57,138 nt of DNA from a virus (IMGVR_UViG_3300028384_001023:1-57138), one strand, 5' to 3'; shown: positions 47,391-57,138, counted from the stretch's first letter. Program-made: numbers and translations. Notes: generated by a model not told the origin, from the letters alone.

Positions 47391-47884
47391 TTACCTCAGA
47401 AAACCTTGTACAGGCTCGTTATACTGATGACGCTCGTACTACTATTGAATGTTTAATTAAAAATGACGTAGATGATTTGATGCATTCTTTCTATGTCAAC
47501 GTTGACCCTGAGAATGTTTATTTTCAACAGTTAATGACAGTTGCATCTCTCGAAGATATTGATGCATGGTCAGAGACTTACTATGCAAATATCCGTGAAG
47601 AGATTGAGACAGTACACACCCAACTAATCGAAGCTGGCAAGGTTGATTATACACGTATTGCTGGTCCAGAAGATACTGCTCAACAAATGGAAAAGTATGC
47701 ACAGATGATGTTTGCATACGACGACACTGATACCGATCACGTTGAAAAGATGTTTAACTTGAAGCTTGAGCTGTTTGAGTTAGATGAAGTAGAAAACGCG
47801 GATAGCGCAACAAAAGAAGCTTTACGTTTAGAGGATGATCCTGTAAATCTTGTTAAACAATTATGGGATATCAGGAATCCATAG
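47387..47884 (+). CDS. hypothetical acidic protein
   Basis: GGAG RBS, coupled ORF at end of tail operon. Confidence 0.65.
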   Translation: MITSENLVQARYTDDARTTIECLIKNDVDDLMHSFYVNVDPENVYFQQLMTVASLEDIDAWSETYYANIREEIETVHTQLIEAGKVDYTRIAGPEDTAQQMEKYAQMMFAYDDTDTDHVEKMFNLKLELFELDEVENADSATKEALRLEDDPVNLVKQLWDIRNP

Positions 47885-48482
47885 TGTAGTGTAATAACTT
47901 TACATTTGGGTTTACTTTATCTAAATAAAAGTAATCACCTGGGTATTTACGATTTATTTGAGTCAACCATTCTTTGGTTGGCTCTTTTATCATACGGCCA
48001 CACCATTCATCAGGTATAAATTTCAAATCGAGTCTCTTCTTAACCATGTACTCTACGAAATTCTCTTCGCCGTTTACAGGACCAGGTTTTACACCGAGTT
48101 TAATAAAATACTCTTCCCAAAAGAATTGAGATTGTACAAACTCGTCGTAGATATATCTTACGTCGTCAGGATAAAACTTATAAAAACCACCGTTGAGTTC
48201 ACAACCTGATACTTCTTCCCACCATGACCTCATACTCAAGAACTCTCCGCGTTTTATCGGATAGTTGATGATATCCATGTAGTCATTGATTAGGTCAATA
48301 TCAATATCGAGTACTACGACTGGCTCAGGACCTTGCACATTAAAGAAATTTATCTTATTCCACTGTAGCTTAAATTGTCCTTCATGCATAACTTCGATAT
48401 GCGGTATACGTTGCCGTATATGGTCTTCATAATCTAGCCCATATTTACTGCCTATGCGGCACGTATAAACCCTCAATTCCAT
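47871..48482 (-). CDS. glycosyltransferase-like protein
   Basis: CRIGSKYG, VVLDID, NGGF; paralog of 48473 and 51421 genes. Confidence 0.6.
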   Translation of the reverse strand: MELRVYTCRIGSKYGLDYEDHIRQRIPHIEVMHEGQFKLQWNKINFFNVQGPEPVVVLDIDIDLINDYMDIINYPIKRGEFLSMRSWWEEVSGCELNGGFYKFYPDDVRYIYDEFVQSQFFWEEYFIKLGVKPGPVNGEENFVEYMVKKRLDLKFIPDEWCGRMIKEPTKEWLTQINRKYPGDYFYLDKVNPNVKLLHYTMDS

Positions 48483-49246
48483 AGTTCTTCTACCTTGTCA
48501 TACATCTGTGCTGCTTCATGTAATTCAAAATTAGTAGAGTTATTTGGATCAGTGTTGAATACACATATAATCTTGTCGTCTCTGAGTTTATGTCTTTCCA
48601 TATCATCAGGCCATTTACAACCTCGATTGAACGAGTAGTACATTGAAGGTGGTAGAAAATCAAACTTATCAAGATGACGTTGACTAATAAAATTGTCTGA
48701 TCCACCTGTGTAGATATGATAGATCCTTTCAGCGTGTTCTATACAATCATTCCAAATATCTATTAACTGAGTATCATCCCACATATAAAATCCACCATTA
48801 TTTTTGGCACCATGTCGATGCTTCCAATCAGGGTTATTTTCGTGTTCTGGATTGTGCCACCAAGATCTACCTGTCAATGGTCTTCCTTTGTACAGATTGA
48901 GTATAGGAGTCATATCGTTGTGTATGATAACGTCTAAGTCAAGTGCTATTCGTAAACCAGTTAAGCCCCAACAATACGGTTTAAAGTAGTTTAACTTTGG
49001 TCTGTCCCATAGGCGAGGCTTTCCGTTTCTCCAGTTATCTGAAGAAAACATTTCATCTGGCGTTGATTCTGGTAGGTCTCGTAGGAATGGGAGTATGGTT
49101 ATACGTTCATCTATTCCCTGTGCATCCTCTGTCTGACAGTAGAATTTAAATTCACAGGGCATATGTTTTTTAACCATATTATAAAGCCGATTGACATATA
49201 TTGGTTCATATTTGTCTCCCCACTTACTGCATATGATATTAATCAT
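48473..49246 (-). CDS. glycosyltransferase-like protein
   Basis: CSKWGDKY..YVNRLYNMV, ALDLDVII, NGGFYMW, GSDNFI. Confidence 0.65.
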   Translation of the reverse strand: MINIICSKWGDKYEPIYVNRLYNMVKKHMPCEFKFYCQTEDAQGIDERITILPFLRDLPESTPDEMFSSDNWRNGKPRLWDRPKLNYFKPYCWGLTGLRIALDLDVIIHNDMTPILNLYKGRPLTGRSWWHNPEHENNPDWKHRHGAKNNGGFYMWDDTQLIDIWNDCIEHAERIYHIYTGGSDNFISQRHLDKFDFLPPSMYYSFNRGCKWPDDMERHKLRDDKIICVFNTDPNNSTNFELHEAAQMYDKVEELWN

Positions 49247-49865
49247 CTCTTTCGCCAATAATCATAAATCTCTTATTATAATGATAATCATCGAATGGTA
49301 TCTCACCCTTATAGAAAGGTTTTATGATACCTGTCTGTTCTTGAAATTCTTCAAGAGATTCTACACAGTTTACATGAGCAGGTTCTTGTATGAAATCGTT
49401 TGATTGGAAAGCACACATGCCTTTGAATCTAATATCCTTCATATGCCACATATGCTCGCATGATGTATTGATTATGATATCTGCTTCAAGACTCTTCATG
49501 TCAAAGCTAATATCTCGACATTCGGTAGTAATATTACTGAACATCATCTTTGCTATATTCAATGTTCCGTGATCATAATCAACTAATACGATCTCTTTAA
49601 TATCTTTTAAATAATGTCTTAAGAGAGGAACGATTAGTGTACCATACCAAGCACCGAGTACATAGATGGTCTTATCCTTTTTTCCAGCCACAGGTGATAA
49701 TGATAGTCTTTCGACTAACCAAGATTTAGCTCTTATTTGATTTTCAGAATAAGAACGGGCGAAGTCTAAAGATCGATGCGGGTATTCTACTGCTATATGT
49801 TGTGCTATACGAGAAAATGTCCAAAATGGTATTGGACACTTAAGCATTGTTTTTGTAATAGTCAA
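49239..49865 (-). CDS. class I SAM methyltransferase-like protein
   Basis: VLGAWYG, LVDYD, IINTSCEH, RFMIIG. Confidence 0.65.
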   Translation of the reverse strand: MTITKTMLKCPIPFWTFSRIAQHIAVEYPHRSLDFARSYSENQIRAKSWLVERLSLSPVAGKKDKTIYVLGAWYGTLIVPLLRHYLKDIKEIVLVDYDHGTLNIAKMMFSNITTECRDISFDMKSLEADIIINTSCEHMWHMKDIRFKGMCAFQSNDFIQEPAHVNCVESLEEFQEQTGIIKPFYKGEIPFDDYHYNKRFMIIGERDD

Positions 49866-50610
49866 AGCTTTTTCCTCCCAAGACTTGGCCGTCTACATTA
49901 CAACTAATACAAGGACTCATGATTCTTTTTCCCCTCATCATTAAATTACGATAAGAATTAAAGTAATCTGATTCCCATATATCGTGTATCCAATCTCTGT
50001 TTACATTACCAAATACTTGGCTTACGTTCCAATCATTACTGCATAGACCAACATCACCATTCCAATTTACAAACATCTTATAGAAGGGTAAGAAACATGC
50101 TCGTTCTTTATTGATTATCTTTTTATCAGACCACATTTCATTTCTGTTTACCTCTACCTCTTCTGGTAAACCAGTATAATAATGTTTGTATATACGTTCG
50201 ATATCGTATTGTTTTAAAAAAGACTCATAATGTTCTGTCATGTCTTCATCATACATAGAGACCTTTATGCAGTTAATACCTGCTTTTACAAGTTCAGCCG
50301 CAGACTCTGATGTTAGATAATCACCATTTGTTATGAGCTTTATCTGTTTTAATTGTACACCACTTTTTAGTGTTTGTACATAGTTTTTTATTTTTTTATG
50401 TAATAAAGGTTCGCCGAACCCAGCTAAGGTAATAGTTCCCTGATAATCTAAGTTTCGTAGAGAACGATTAATCGACTTAATCGTATTCATACTCATCTGC
50501 GATTTTGTATTTTCAAATCCTACACCGCGAGGGCAAAAGCTGCATGTACGGTTACATATGTCAATGAGATTCAATTCTATCGAAGAAAGGGTGTTCCTTG
50601 TTAAGCGCAC
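49840..50610 (-). CDS. radical SAM/SPASM-twitch protein
   Basis: CNRTCSFC, GFGEPLLH, ITNG, CFLPF..GDVGLC, CISC. Confidence 0.9.
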   Translation of the reverse strand: MRLTRNTLSSIELNLIDICNRTCSFCPRGVGFENTKSQMSMNTIKSINRSLRNLDYQGTITLAGFGEPLLHKKIKNYVQTLKSGVQLKQIKLITNGDYLTSESAAELVKAGINCIKVSMYDEDMTEHYESFLKQYDIERIYKHYYTGLPEEVEVNRNEMWSDKKIINKERACFLPFYKMFVNWNGDVGLCSNDWNVSQVFGNVNRDWIHDIWESDYFNSYRNLMMRGKRIMSPCISCNVDGQVLGGKSFDYYKNNA

Positions 50611-51445
50611 TTTTTGTCACCATATTACGATTAATTAATGCCATTCGGCCATATCCATCAAACTCTTTTAAGTGAAAGTGTTTGGTGAACTTATCATAGT
50701 TTTTCAACATCACATAGTTTCCATGCGAAGGAATGCATGCGTAATTCTTTTCTATATATGTCTTAGTTGCGTTCATCCTTTTGATATGATGAGGTATCTC
50801 ATCTAACATACTCGGTAAGTTTTCTGCTACTCCACCAATGCACACATGAGCTGGTCTTAGGTTTTGTATCTCGTATATGAGTGCCTCGTGGCCAATCGCC
50901 CAACCAAAACGAATTCCAGGTAACGCCAACGATTTGCTCATTGTCTTGAGGTAAAGTACGTTTGGTGTACCAAGTTTTACTGATGGAGTTTCACAAAAAT
51001 CACCGTACGCTTCGTCAATGATTACTAATTTATGTTTATCGATATATTCCTTATAGTCTTCTATAAGTTTACCATTCTCTCCATGAGGATTAGCTATATA
51101 GCAAACGTCTTGACCATGAGAAACTCCATAGAGTTTTTGAGCCATGGCTACTGGCTTCCAAGAACTGATATTTGTCAATGACATATTTTTTGATTTGATG
51201 ACTTGCATTATACGCATCAGCAGTTCGCTCAAGCCTAATCCAATAGCGATTTGTCTATTATAAACTTGATGATAATCTGCTAGTATATTATAGCATGTCG
51301 CAGTATTCGAGTATCTCGAGTAATCAAACTCGTAATGAGGCAAACCAGCATCCCAACAAACATTAGTCGAAAGATCGATTTTGTAATCTCGATGGTACTC
51401 GTCTTTTGTCCAGTCTGGTCTTATTTCCAGTAATCTTGTATCCAT
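50561..51445 (-). CDS. class I/II PLP enzyme (HisC/CobD-like)
   Basis: DLSTN, IANPHG, IIDEAYGDF, KTMSKSLALPGIRFG. Confidence 0.85.
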   Translation of the reverse strand: MDTRLLEIRPDWTKDEYHRDYKIDLSTNVCWDAGLPHYEFDYSRYSNTATCYNILADYHQVYNRQIAIGLGLSELLMRIMQVIKSKNMSLTNISSWKPVAMAQKLYGVSHGQDVCYIANPHGENGKLIEDYKEYIDKHKLVIIDEAYGDFCETPSVKLGTPNVLYLKTMSKSLALPGIRFGWAIGHEALIYEIQNLRPAHVCIGGVAENLPSMLDEIPHHIKRMNATKTYIEKNYACIPSHGNYVMLKNYDKFTKHFHLKEFDGYGRMALINRNMVTKSALNKEHPFFDRIESH

Positions 51446-52032
51446 TTGTCCTCTCTTAACTCATCTTGTTTTTTGTCTAGCATGATGTGTATTTGATCGA
51501 GAGGTCTTTCATATAAGACATAATCATTTGGAAAACGATGCTCGATAAAAGAATCAATGCCAGTAAAGACACTCATTATTTTTTCTTGATTGTCAACAAA
51601 GTATTTCCAAATATGATTCCTTTTCGTCTCTTTATTCCATGACATTACCGAAGAGTTGATAGAGCAATATCGCTGTCTGTTGCCAATCGTTTCTTCTCTG
51701 AGTTTAGCTAAGTCAACCCAACTCGTATGTAGCATTTTCATGTATAAATCAGGACGATGAATTTCGTTGATGTCACCTTTAATTACTATATCTAAGTCGA
51801 AGAATACTCCTTCTTCGATAAAGTCTTCGTCAAATAAAACCATTTTTGACCACCACTTTTGTAATCGTGTTGGAGCTTCAATAGTTTTTATATATTTAGG
51901 TAGCGTACTCGCATCATCAGTTATACAATTCATAGTGTACGGTTTATCGTAAGTACGAGATATCATACTTTCGAGTTTAATTACAAACTCATCACTATAT
52001 CTTGATCCTACCTTCACGCAATAAAAGTTCAT
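51421..52032 (-). CDS. glycosyltransferase-like protein
   Basis: CVKVGSRY, WWSKMVLF, FFDLDIVI, INSSVMSW. Confidence 0.65.
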   Translation of the reverse strand: MNFYCVKVGSRYSDEFVIKLESMISRTYDKPYTMNCITDDASTLPKYIKTIEAPTRLQKWWSKMVLFDEDFIEEGVFFDLDIVIKGDINEIHRPDLYMKMLHTSWVDLAKLREETIGNRQRYCSINSSVMSWNKETKRNHIWKYFVDNQEKIMSVFTGIDSFIEHRFPNDYVLYERPLDQIHIMLDKKQDELREDKWIQDYWK

Positions 52033-52633
52033 ATCTATCTAACCATAATTTTGCATTTTTTGTATCTTTGTATTTATCATCAAGAGGTATACCATCAGTA
52101 AAGTGTATAGCCTTTGGGTTTTCAAATTCGTAGTAGCCTTCGAGTGTATTCCACTCAAGAGGCAAAGAACCGATCTGATCATCTTCAAGCCATTTGAATT
52201 GATGCATATAAAGAGGATGGCAATCGGCTATAAACGTTGGTGATAATAAACGATTTGCTGGATGATCACAGTTCCACAAGATCAGAGACGACCAATTCTT
52301 TCTCTCATAAGGTTTTTGTGGTTTACCATCCATCTTTTCTTCAGTATGAGGAGTGTAGTGTGGATGCTTACAAACTAGTACAGCATATTTTGGATCGATA
52401 TATTTGAGAAGTGTACGTGGTGTATCCAGGAAATAAAAATCACTATCACAGTAAAGATGCCAGCCATGATACTGCATTTGAAAAGGAACCAAAAAACGAG
52501 ACATAGAAAAACGAGTACTACCTATATGAGGCAATATCATGTTTCTCGTATAGTCTGTATCTTCATTGATAGTAGATTCACACACCTTATATTGAGGCAT
52601 GTAGTCTTCATCGTAGCCAATTACGCATTTCAT
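51995..52633 (-). CDS. GT8-like glycosyltransferase
   Basis: IGYD, FSMSRFLVP, YCDSDF, RKNWSSLILWN, LPLEWN, HFTDG. Confidence 0.8.
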   Translation of the reverse strand: MKCVIGYDEDYMPQYKVCESTINEDTDYTRNMILPHIGSTRFSMSRFLVPFQMQYHGWHLYCDSDFYFLDTPRTLLKYIDPKYAVLVCKHPHYTPHTEEKMDGKPQKPYERKNWSSLILWNCDHPANRLLSPTFIADCHPLYMHQFKWLEDDQIGSLPLEWNTLEGYYEFENPKAIHFTDGIPLDDKYKDTKNAKLWLDRYELLLREGRIKI

Positions 52634-53276
52634 CTTCTAACTCTTCTACACCCACATTTTTTAAAGGAGCATCAAAATAATCTTGTTTTATTGTGCCATC
52701 GTAATGATCAACATTCCATGACATACCTAAATTGCCGTTCCCATATAAAATTGGTCTCACTTTACCGTCTAAATACATCTCAAGCTTTGGTTGAGATACG
52801 AGTAAAGTTGGTGTATTTGTCCAAAGCGCCATAGCCAAGAGAGTAGTTCTTTCTGCTACTACCAGATCGGCATATATCATCCAATCGAGTACATCATCCC
52901 ACTTATCTCTATAACTGAATTCTTCAATTCGATAATCTTTATATATGTTACCCGGTAAATGTATGCCCCTTGTCTTTACAGAGTAACTATTAAATCCGAA
53001 CTCTGATGCACGATAAGTTAGCACATATCCACCTCCGCCTTTCCATTGTTTTGTAAATGGCCAAAGCGAAGTAAAGACTTCTGTATCTTTATATGGAATA
53101 TCTTTTACAGTGGCGATAGTATAAGCAACCTCAAAATTATCTGGTTGTTTGAAATTTCTTGTAAGAAACTTTAATCTGTCAAGGTTTGTTTCTTTATCGC
53201 TCTCTTTAAACTTGTCTAACTTATTTTCATCAACGACTAAGAGTATAGACCAGACAAAGGGTTCAGGAGAAGCCAC
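52608..53276 (-). CDS. hypothetical protein
   Basis: 222-aa ORF within co-oriented cassette. Confidence 0.6.
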   Translation of the reverse strand: MASPEPFVWSILLVVDENKLDKFKESDKETNLDRLKFLTRNFKQPDNFEVAYTIATVKDIPYKDTEVFTSLWPFTKQWKGGGGYVLTYRASEFGFNSYSVKTRGIHLPGNIYKDYRIEEFSYRDKWDDVLDWMIYADLVVAERTTLLAMALWTNTPTLLVSQPKLEMYLDGKVRPILYGNGNLGMSWNVDHYDGTIKQDYFDAPLKNVGVEELEDEMRNWLR

Positions 53277-53295
53277 TTCATAGAACTTCTGTGCT

Positions 53296-53847
53296 TTAGT
53301 TTAATATATTATCAATGGTTGCATTATATTGATCAAGAGTACCGTTGTTGACGATATGCCAATCTACCTTTTCTTCTAGTCTATCTATAGCAGGCTGATG
53401 GCTATTAAACTCTTTTAAAATTTCGGGCTTTACAAGTTGATAAGAATTCTTTTTTCCTTGTAATCGTGGATCGAGCAGCTTTACTTTCTCATATAGTCTT
53501 TGGCACTGTGTTTCTAATGGTGCTGTAATTAACACAGTTTCAAACCTATCGTCATTATCGTTTATCCACTCAAGTAGTTCTACTGACCCAGTAGACCATA
53601 TGTCGTATCCACTGTATCTTTCTGGACTTAAAGCATCGATAAGAGATTTAAAGTGTTCTTCGAACTCTTCAAGTTCTGATTGAGTGGACTGATATGGACC
53701 AGAGATAGGAGAATGCTTAATCTTCATTGAAGCTCTTAAATCTCTATACACTACATTCATGTCAAGTATAGCTAACCCATAGGTTTCGGCACGTTTAGCA
53801 AAGGTATCAACACCGCTACCTTGCATTCCGCCAATCATTAAGGTCAT
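53296..53847 (-). CDS. P-loop nucleotide kinase-like protein (dephospho-CoA/dNMP kinase fold)
   Basis: IGGMQGSGVDT, LITAP, DWHIVNNGT; Walker A Lys missing. Confidence 0.55.
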   Translation of the reverse strand: MTLMIGGMQGSGVDTFAKRAETYGLAILDMNVVYRDLRASMKIKHSPISGPYQSTQSELEEFEEHFKSLIDALSPERYSGYDIWSTGSVELLEWINDNDDRFETVLITAPLETQCQRLYEKVKLLDPRLQGKKNSYQLVKPEILKEFNSHQPAIDRLEEKVDWHIVNNGTLDQYNATIDNILN

Positions 53848-54566
53848 ATGATTCTCCTACTCATCATCGTATCAAAAGCCTCAATTGTCAGACCGATGAA
53901 GAACTGATATATACCATCTTCTTTAGCATGAGCGCTATGTACTAAACTCGAATCGAAGATGTAGATTTTGCCTGGTTTGATAGTATTTATATGTTTTCCA
54001 TCCATTTTCAGCATCATCTTATCAGATGTAGTACCCCATAGACGAAGATTAGGAGTAGGTAATTTAACATCGACATGCTCTTTAAAATGACCCATCTTGT
54101 CCCACTTGAGAATAGCACTACGACACATGAAATCACCAAATGCATTCGTTAATGGTTGTAGAGATTTCATATAGAATGCTGGAGTCTTCTCACGTATATC
54201 ATGATCAAATAAGATATTATCTTTGTCTTGATGATGTATGAAATGTTCATCGAGAGGCATACGTGAAGGGTCATTTTCTTCGTTCATCGAGCCTGTTACG
54301 TTTACTAGAGGTGTACCATAACGAGGATATTGTTTATGTGTATTTCCCCACTGAGTAAATTCGAATTGTGTTATTTCTTCTTTAAAGGAATCGATATCAA
54401 TGTCAATGTCAGTCTCAACAATAGGACTAGTGTGTAGTTCATAATACTGTTCTTCATTGATAGCTGGTTGAGAGATATATTTGAAGATCATAGCCATGAG
54501 TTTATCTTCAGGCTGACCCTTTAAGTGTGGATGTGTTTCGAATAGTGTTTCAAGTGCTTGTTGCAT
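53844..54566 (-). CDS. 2OG-Fe(II)/AspH-like oxygenase
   Basis: FKEHVD, PGKIYIFDSSLVHSA. Confidence 0.65.
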   Translation of the reverse strand: MQQALETLFETHPHLKGQPEDKLMAMIFKYISQPAINEEQYYELHTSPIVETDIDIDIDSFKEEITQFEFTQWGNTHKQYPRYGTPLVNVTGSMNEENDPSRMPLDEHFIHHQDKDNILFDHDIREKTPAFYMKSLQPLTNAFGDFMCRSAILKWDKMGHFKEHVDVKLPTPNLRLWGTTSDKMMLKMDGKHINTIKPGKIYIFDSSLVHSAHAKEDGIYQFFIGLTIEAFDTMMSRRII

Positions 54567-55077
54567 AAACTGACCTTAAGTGTTCTATCATTGTTTCATT
54601 CGCTTTACGACACACTACGAAGTGTATACGAGGCTGTTCACTTTCATTAAATGCACTATGTTCAAATACAGTCTCGAGTTCATAGAGTTGACCTAAATGT
54701 TTCATCTCTACTCTTACTTTGTTTTCCATAAAATAGCAAGAAGAGTTAGTCTGTAGCGGTATATGCAATCGATTAGAGATGTCATAATGATATGTATAAC
54801 TCGGCTTAGAAGGGTCGAGTCTCATAAATCTACCGCGGCATATATTATACTTCTTATCTAACTCGTTGTAAACCTCTTCTACATATGTTCCTCTAAACAT
54901 TTCATTTACTATAGTAAAATCGTTTTGATTTAATTTTTGTTTAGACAAGTCTCCACTTTCATAGACATAAGTAGAACCATCTGGAGACGACACGTGTACC
55001 TGATGTGAGTCAAATGGTAAGCTATCGTAAATCTTTTGTAATGATTCGTAATCAAACTTTTCTGCTAATTGCTTCAT
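54550..55077 (-). CDS. aspartyl/asparaginyl beta-hydroxylase-like oxygenase
   Basis: RGRFMRL, YHYD, RLHIPL, HSAFN, RIHFV. Confidence 0.75.
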   Translation of the reverse strand: MKQLAEKFDYESLQKIYDSLPFDSHQVHVSSPDGSTYVYESGDLSKQKLNQNDFTIVNEMFRGTYVEEVYNELDKKYNICRGRFMRLDPSKPSYTYHYDISNRLHIPLQTNSSCYFMENKVRVEMKHLGQLYELETVFEHSAFNESEQPRIHFVVCRKANETMIEHLRSVYATST

Positions 55078-55510
55078 AATCCTCATCAAAGAAAGATATT
55101 TTATATAATATCCTCTCTTTTTTCCCTTTGTTATTTACTCCATGTATTACAGAAGTATTGAGTAATGCCGTTTTATAAAGATAGTCTTTACCTTCAACCG
55201 TCACTGGAGCAGCATCTGCACTAAGAACATGATTTACAGAACACGTGGTATTATAATCAATATGTGGCATTAAGTAACTATCTGAGTCGAGTATGTAATA
55301 TCTTGGTACACCGTTTTCTAAGCCAAAATATTTACAGAATCGATTCGCCTCTTCCCATGCCCGCGGGAGATGAAGAGAATCACCCTTTAATATTTTCCAG
55401 TTTTCGTTCTTTCCATGCTTGTCATCATGATATACTTCAAATTGATTTGTTTCAGCCTCGATCAATAGATCCTCTGATTTAAAATCAAACTCTATTTGTT
55501 TTAGATTCAT
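55052..55510 (-). CDS. 2OG-Fe(II) oxygenase-like protein
   Basis: LMPHID, LLNTSVIHGV, ERILYKISF. Confidence 0.65.
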   Translation of the reverse strand: MNLKQIEFDFKSEDLLIEAETNQFEVYHDDKHGKNENWKILKGDSLHLPRAWEEANRFCKYFGLENGVPRYYILDSDSYLMPHIDYNTTCSVNHVLSADAAPVTVEGKDYLYKTALLNTSVIHGVNNKGKKERILYKISFFDEDYEAISRKV

Positions 55511-56126
55511 GTCTCATCCTTAATGTGTGCTCATCGTATGACATTACTTTCGGCGCCCAATCTTCGATTGTATATCCATTAAATGGTAAATATACGACAT
55601 TTTGATAGCACGTAGATAATTCTCCTGGATATACTTGTACCAGTCCCTTATTATAGTTTACCCACTTCTTTGAAAATGATTGCAAAGTCTTACACATCAT
55701 TTTCCACCATAACTGTTGTCCTGATAACATAGCTCTTCGTTGTTGCATACTAATGAAATACAAGTCATACTTTAATTTCATGATATCTCTAAATGAAGAG
55801 TTTAACACCTTTAATGTAATCATAAGTTCTTCACGATGGGACCAAGATTTTCCTCTGTCTTTAGGAAACAAATACCATCGATTCATCAATCGCGCCACAT
55901 GTGGTGTATACTCTTTGATACCCGACATAAGTATTGGTTTGCCATCATGATCATATTGCACACAGTAACAAACTTGATCTGATATCTTCAAGTTCTCTTT
56001 CGTATAGTTATCGCGTAACCAATTTTTCTTATCAGATAGACAAATCTCACGGACTTTTTCGAATTCAGGATTATCATAGTCGAATATCCATAACTCACCA
56101 GCTTCATTCTTTATTCGTTTATCCAA
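55485..56126 (-). CDS. hypothetical protein, possibly GNAT fold
   Basis: ILMSGI..VARLMNRWYLFP..R resembles GNAT core; first gene of cassette. Confidence 0.45.
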   Translation of the reverse strand: MDKRIKNEAGELWIFDYDNPEFEKVREICLSDKKNWLRDNYTKENLKISDQVCYCVQYDHDGKPILMSGIKEYTPHVARLMNRWYLFPKDRGKSWSHREELMITLKVLNSSFRDIMKLKYDLYFISMQQRRAMLSGQQLWWKMMCKTLQSFSKKWVNYNKGLVQVYPGELSTCYQNVVYLPFNGYTIEDWAPKVMSYDEHTLRMRHESKTNRV

Positions 56127-56160
56127 TGGATCCTCTGTCCCCTTTAACTGAATACTATGT

Positions 56161-56189
56161 ATTATATCATATTATCACGGTCTTGTAAA
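56161..56189 (-). promoter_or_regulatory. sigma70-type early promoter driving the minus-strand cassette
   Basis: TTTACA-17 bp-TATAAT on minus strand, with TG extended -10. Confidence 0.8.
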
Positions 56190-56198
56190 CCTATTTAT

Positions 56199-56206
56199 TA
56201 TAAATA
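56199..56206 (+). promoter_or_regulatory. T4-type late promoter
   Basis: TATAAATA upstream of structural genes. Confidence 0.8.
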
Positions 56207-56247
56207 AAGTAAAATAAACATAGCATAGAGCGATTGAGGGATTTTAG

Positions 56248-56601
56248 ATGGCCCAATATGAACAGTTTACAATAGATCAGGGTTCTGATGTTGCCATAGA
56301 GCTTCATCTTGTTGACGCATCAGGAAATAAGAAGGATCTAAACGGCTATACTGGCGCTGCCACTATGAAGCGTAACTATAATAGTGACAGTGCAGATACA
56401 ACCAATTTCGCATTTGCTATCAATACTCCACCAGCTGATGGAATTATTACACTCTCGTTGACTAACGCCCAAACAGATGCATTGCGCTCTGGTAGGTATG
56501 TATTTGATGCTGAAATCCAGTATACTGATAGTAATGACAATGATATTATTGAACGGATTTTAGAGGGTAAGATAGTAGTTACACCAGCCGTTACCGTATA
56601 G
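56248..56601 (+). CDS. virion protein of a type seen in T4-like phages (BppU-N-like)
   Basis: IDQGSD, DLNGYT, ITLSLTNAQT, GRYVFD, RILEG..VTPAVT. Confidence 0.75.
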   Translation: MAQYEQFTIDQGSDVAIELHLVDASGNKKDLNGYTGAATMKRNYNSDSADTTNFAFAINTPPADGIITLSLTNAQTDALRSGRYVFDAEIQYTDSNDNDIIERILEGKIVVTPAVTV

Positions 56602-56609
56602 GATAACAC

Positions 56610-56825
56610 ATGGCTGATACAGAACAAACTCTCATAGCCCGAGTCATAGTCGGGACACCTGTGCGTAAGGTAACCGGAGCTCAAGCTCAAGGATTAGATG
56701 ACCTTACTGATGTAAATATTCCAGCTCCAGAAGAAAATCAAATATTGCAGTATAATGAAACTGAAGGTAAGTGGAATTCTACTTCTGCTCCTGCCGCTCT
56801 CGTCGTGAGTGGAGGTACTTTCTAA
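56610..56825 (+). CDS. small fibre-associated protein
   Basis: LDDLTDV..QILQYN..GKW, GGTF end. Confidence 0.6.
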   Translation: MADTEQTLIARVIVGTPVRKVTGAQAQGLDDLTDVNIPAPEENQILQYNETEGKWNSTSAPAALVVSGGTF

Positions 56826-57138
56826 TGGCTGCAAATAACAGAATTTCCATACTATATAGTAATTCAACTGCTGTTATACCAGACGGGTTTTTATACACCG
56901 GTGAAGTTGCATATAGTAATGCTGCTGGGGATTCTGATGGTGGCCAACGAGTATTTATCGGTACTGGCACACCAGGAGAAATTTCTACTGATGTAATCAC
57001 AATTGGTGGCCAATATTACATCGATATGGTAGATCACAAGCGTGGTCATACAGTACCTCTTAGTGCACTAATCACAGATGCAGATAATAAGATTGATTTC
57101 CTTGCTGTCGACAATATCGAGGTTGATGGCAGGACTAT
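56825..57138 (+). CDS. tail fibre protein, 3' truncated
   Basis: MAANNRISI..GEVAYS..RVFIG..IGGQYY..SALITDADNKID; open to window end. Confidence 0.65.
   Translation, partial: MAANNRISILYSNSTAVIPDGFLYTGEVAYSNAAGDSDGGQRVFIGTGTPGEISTDVITIGGQYYIDMVDHKRGHTVPLSALITDADNKIDFLAVDNIEVDGRT

Noticed and set aside
1-57138. Inteins, introns, homing endonucleases, transposases, DGR or alternative genetic code
   Set aside because: Recognised core genes read without obvious insertions in the standard code, and no such motifs or long nucleotide repeats were noticed by eye.

Overview
A 57 kb AT-rich segment of a T4-like myovirus genome, probably marine; an alphaproteobacterial host is only a guess. Layout: (i) 1-21.1 kb (+): exonuclease, HAD nucleotidase, an 8.4 kb glycan-building cassette, and several short operons under one family of sigma70-type early promoters. 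These operons carry a fatty-acid desaturase, a class III aminotransferase, a lipoprotein, a FabF-like ketosynthase and a 2OG oxygenase. A structured non-coding stretch sits at 14.29-14.63 kb, and gp33 and gp32 follow. (ii) 21.1-25.4 kb (-): tape-measure-like gene, gp51/gp26, tail-tube-like gene, gp2, gp4. (iii) 25.5-47.9 kb (+): baseplate and tail module (gp48, gp53, a split gp5, gp25, gp6, gp7, gp8, large virion proteins) with TATAAATA late promoters. (iv) 47.9-56.2 kb (-): a second 13-gene modification cassette. (v) The start of a tail-fibre gene. Main candidates for undescribed biology: Asp-Ser (DS) dipeptide enrichment in a subset of virion proteins next to two large modification cassettes (possible virion-protein glycosylation system); a hairpin whose loop is antisense to the ribosome-binding sites of early genes; a pseudoknot-rich late RNA; and a probable -1 frameshift joining gp26 to gp51. 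All calls come from reading motifs by eye; no database search was run.
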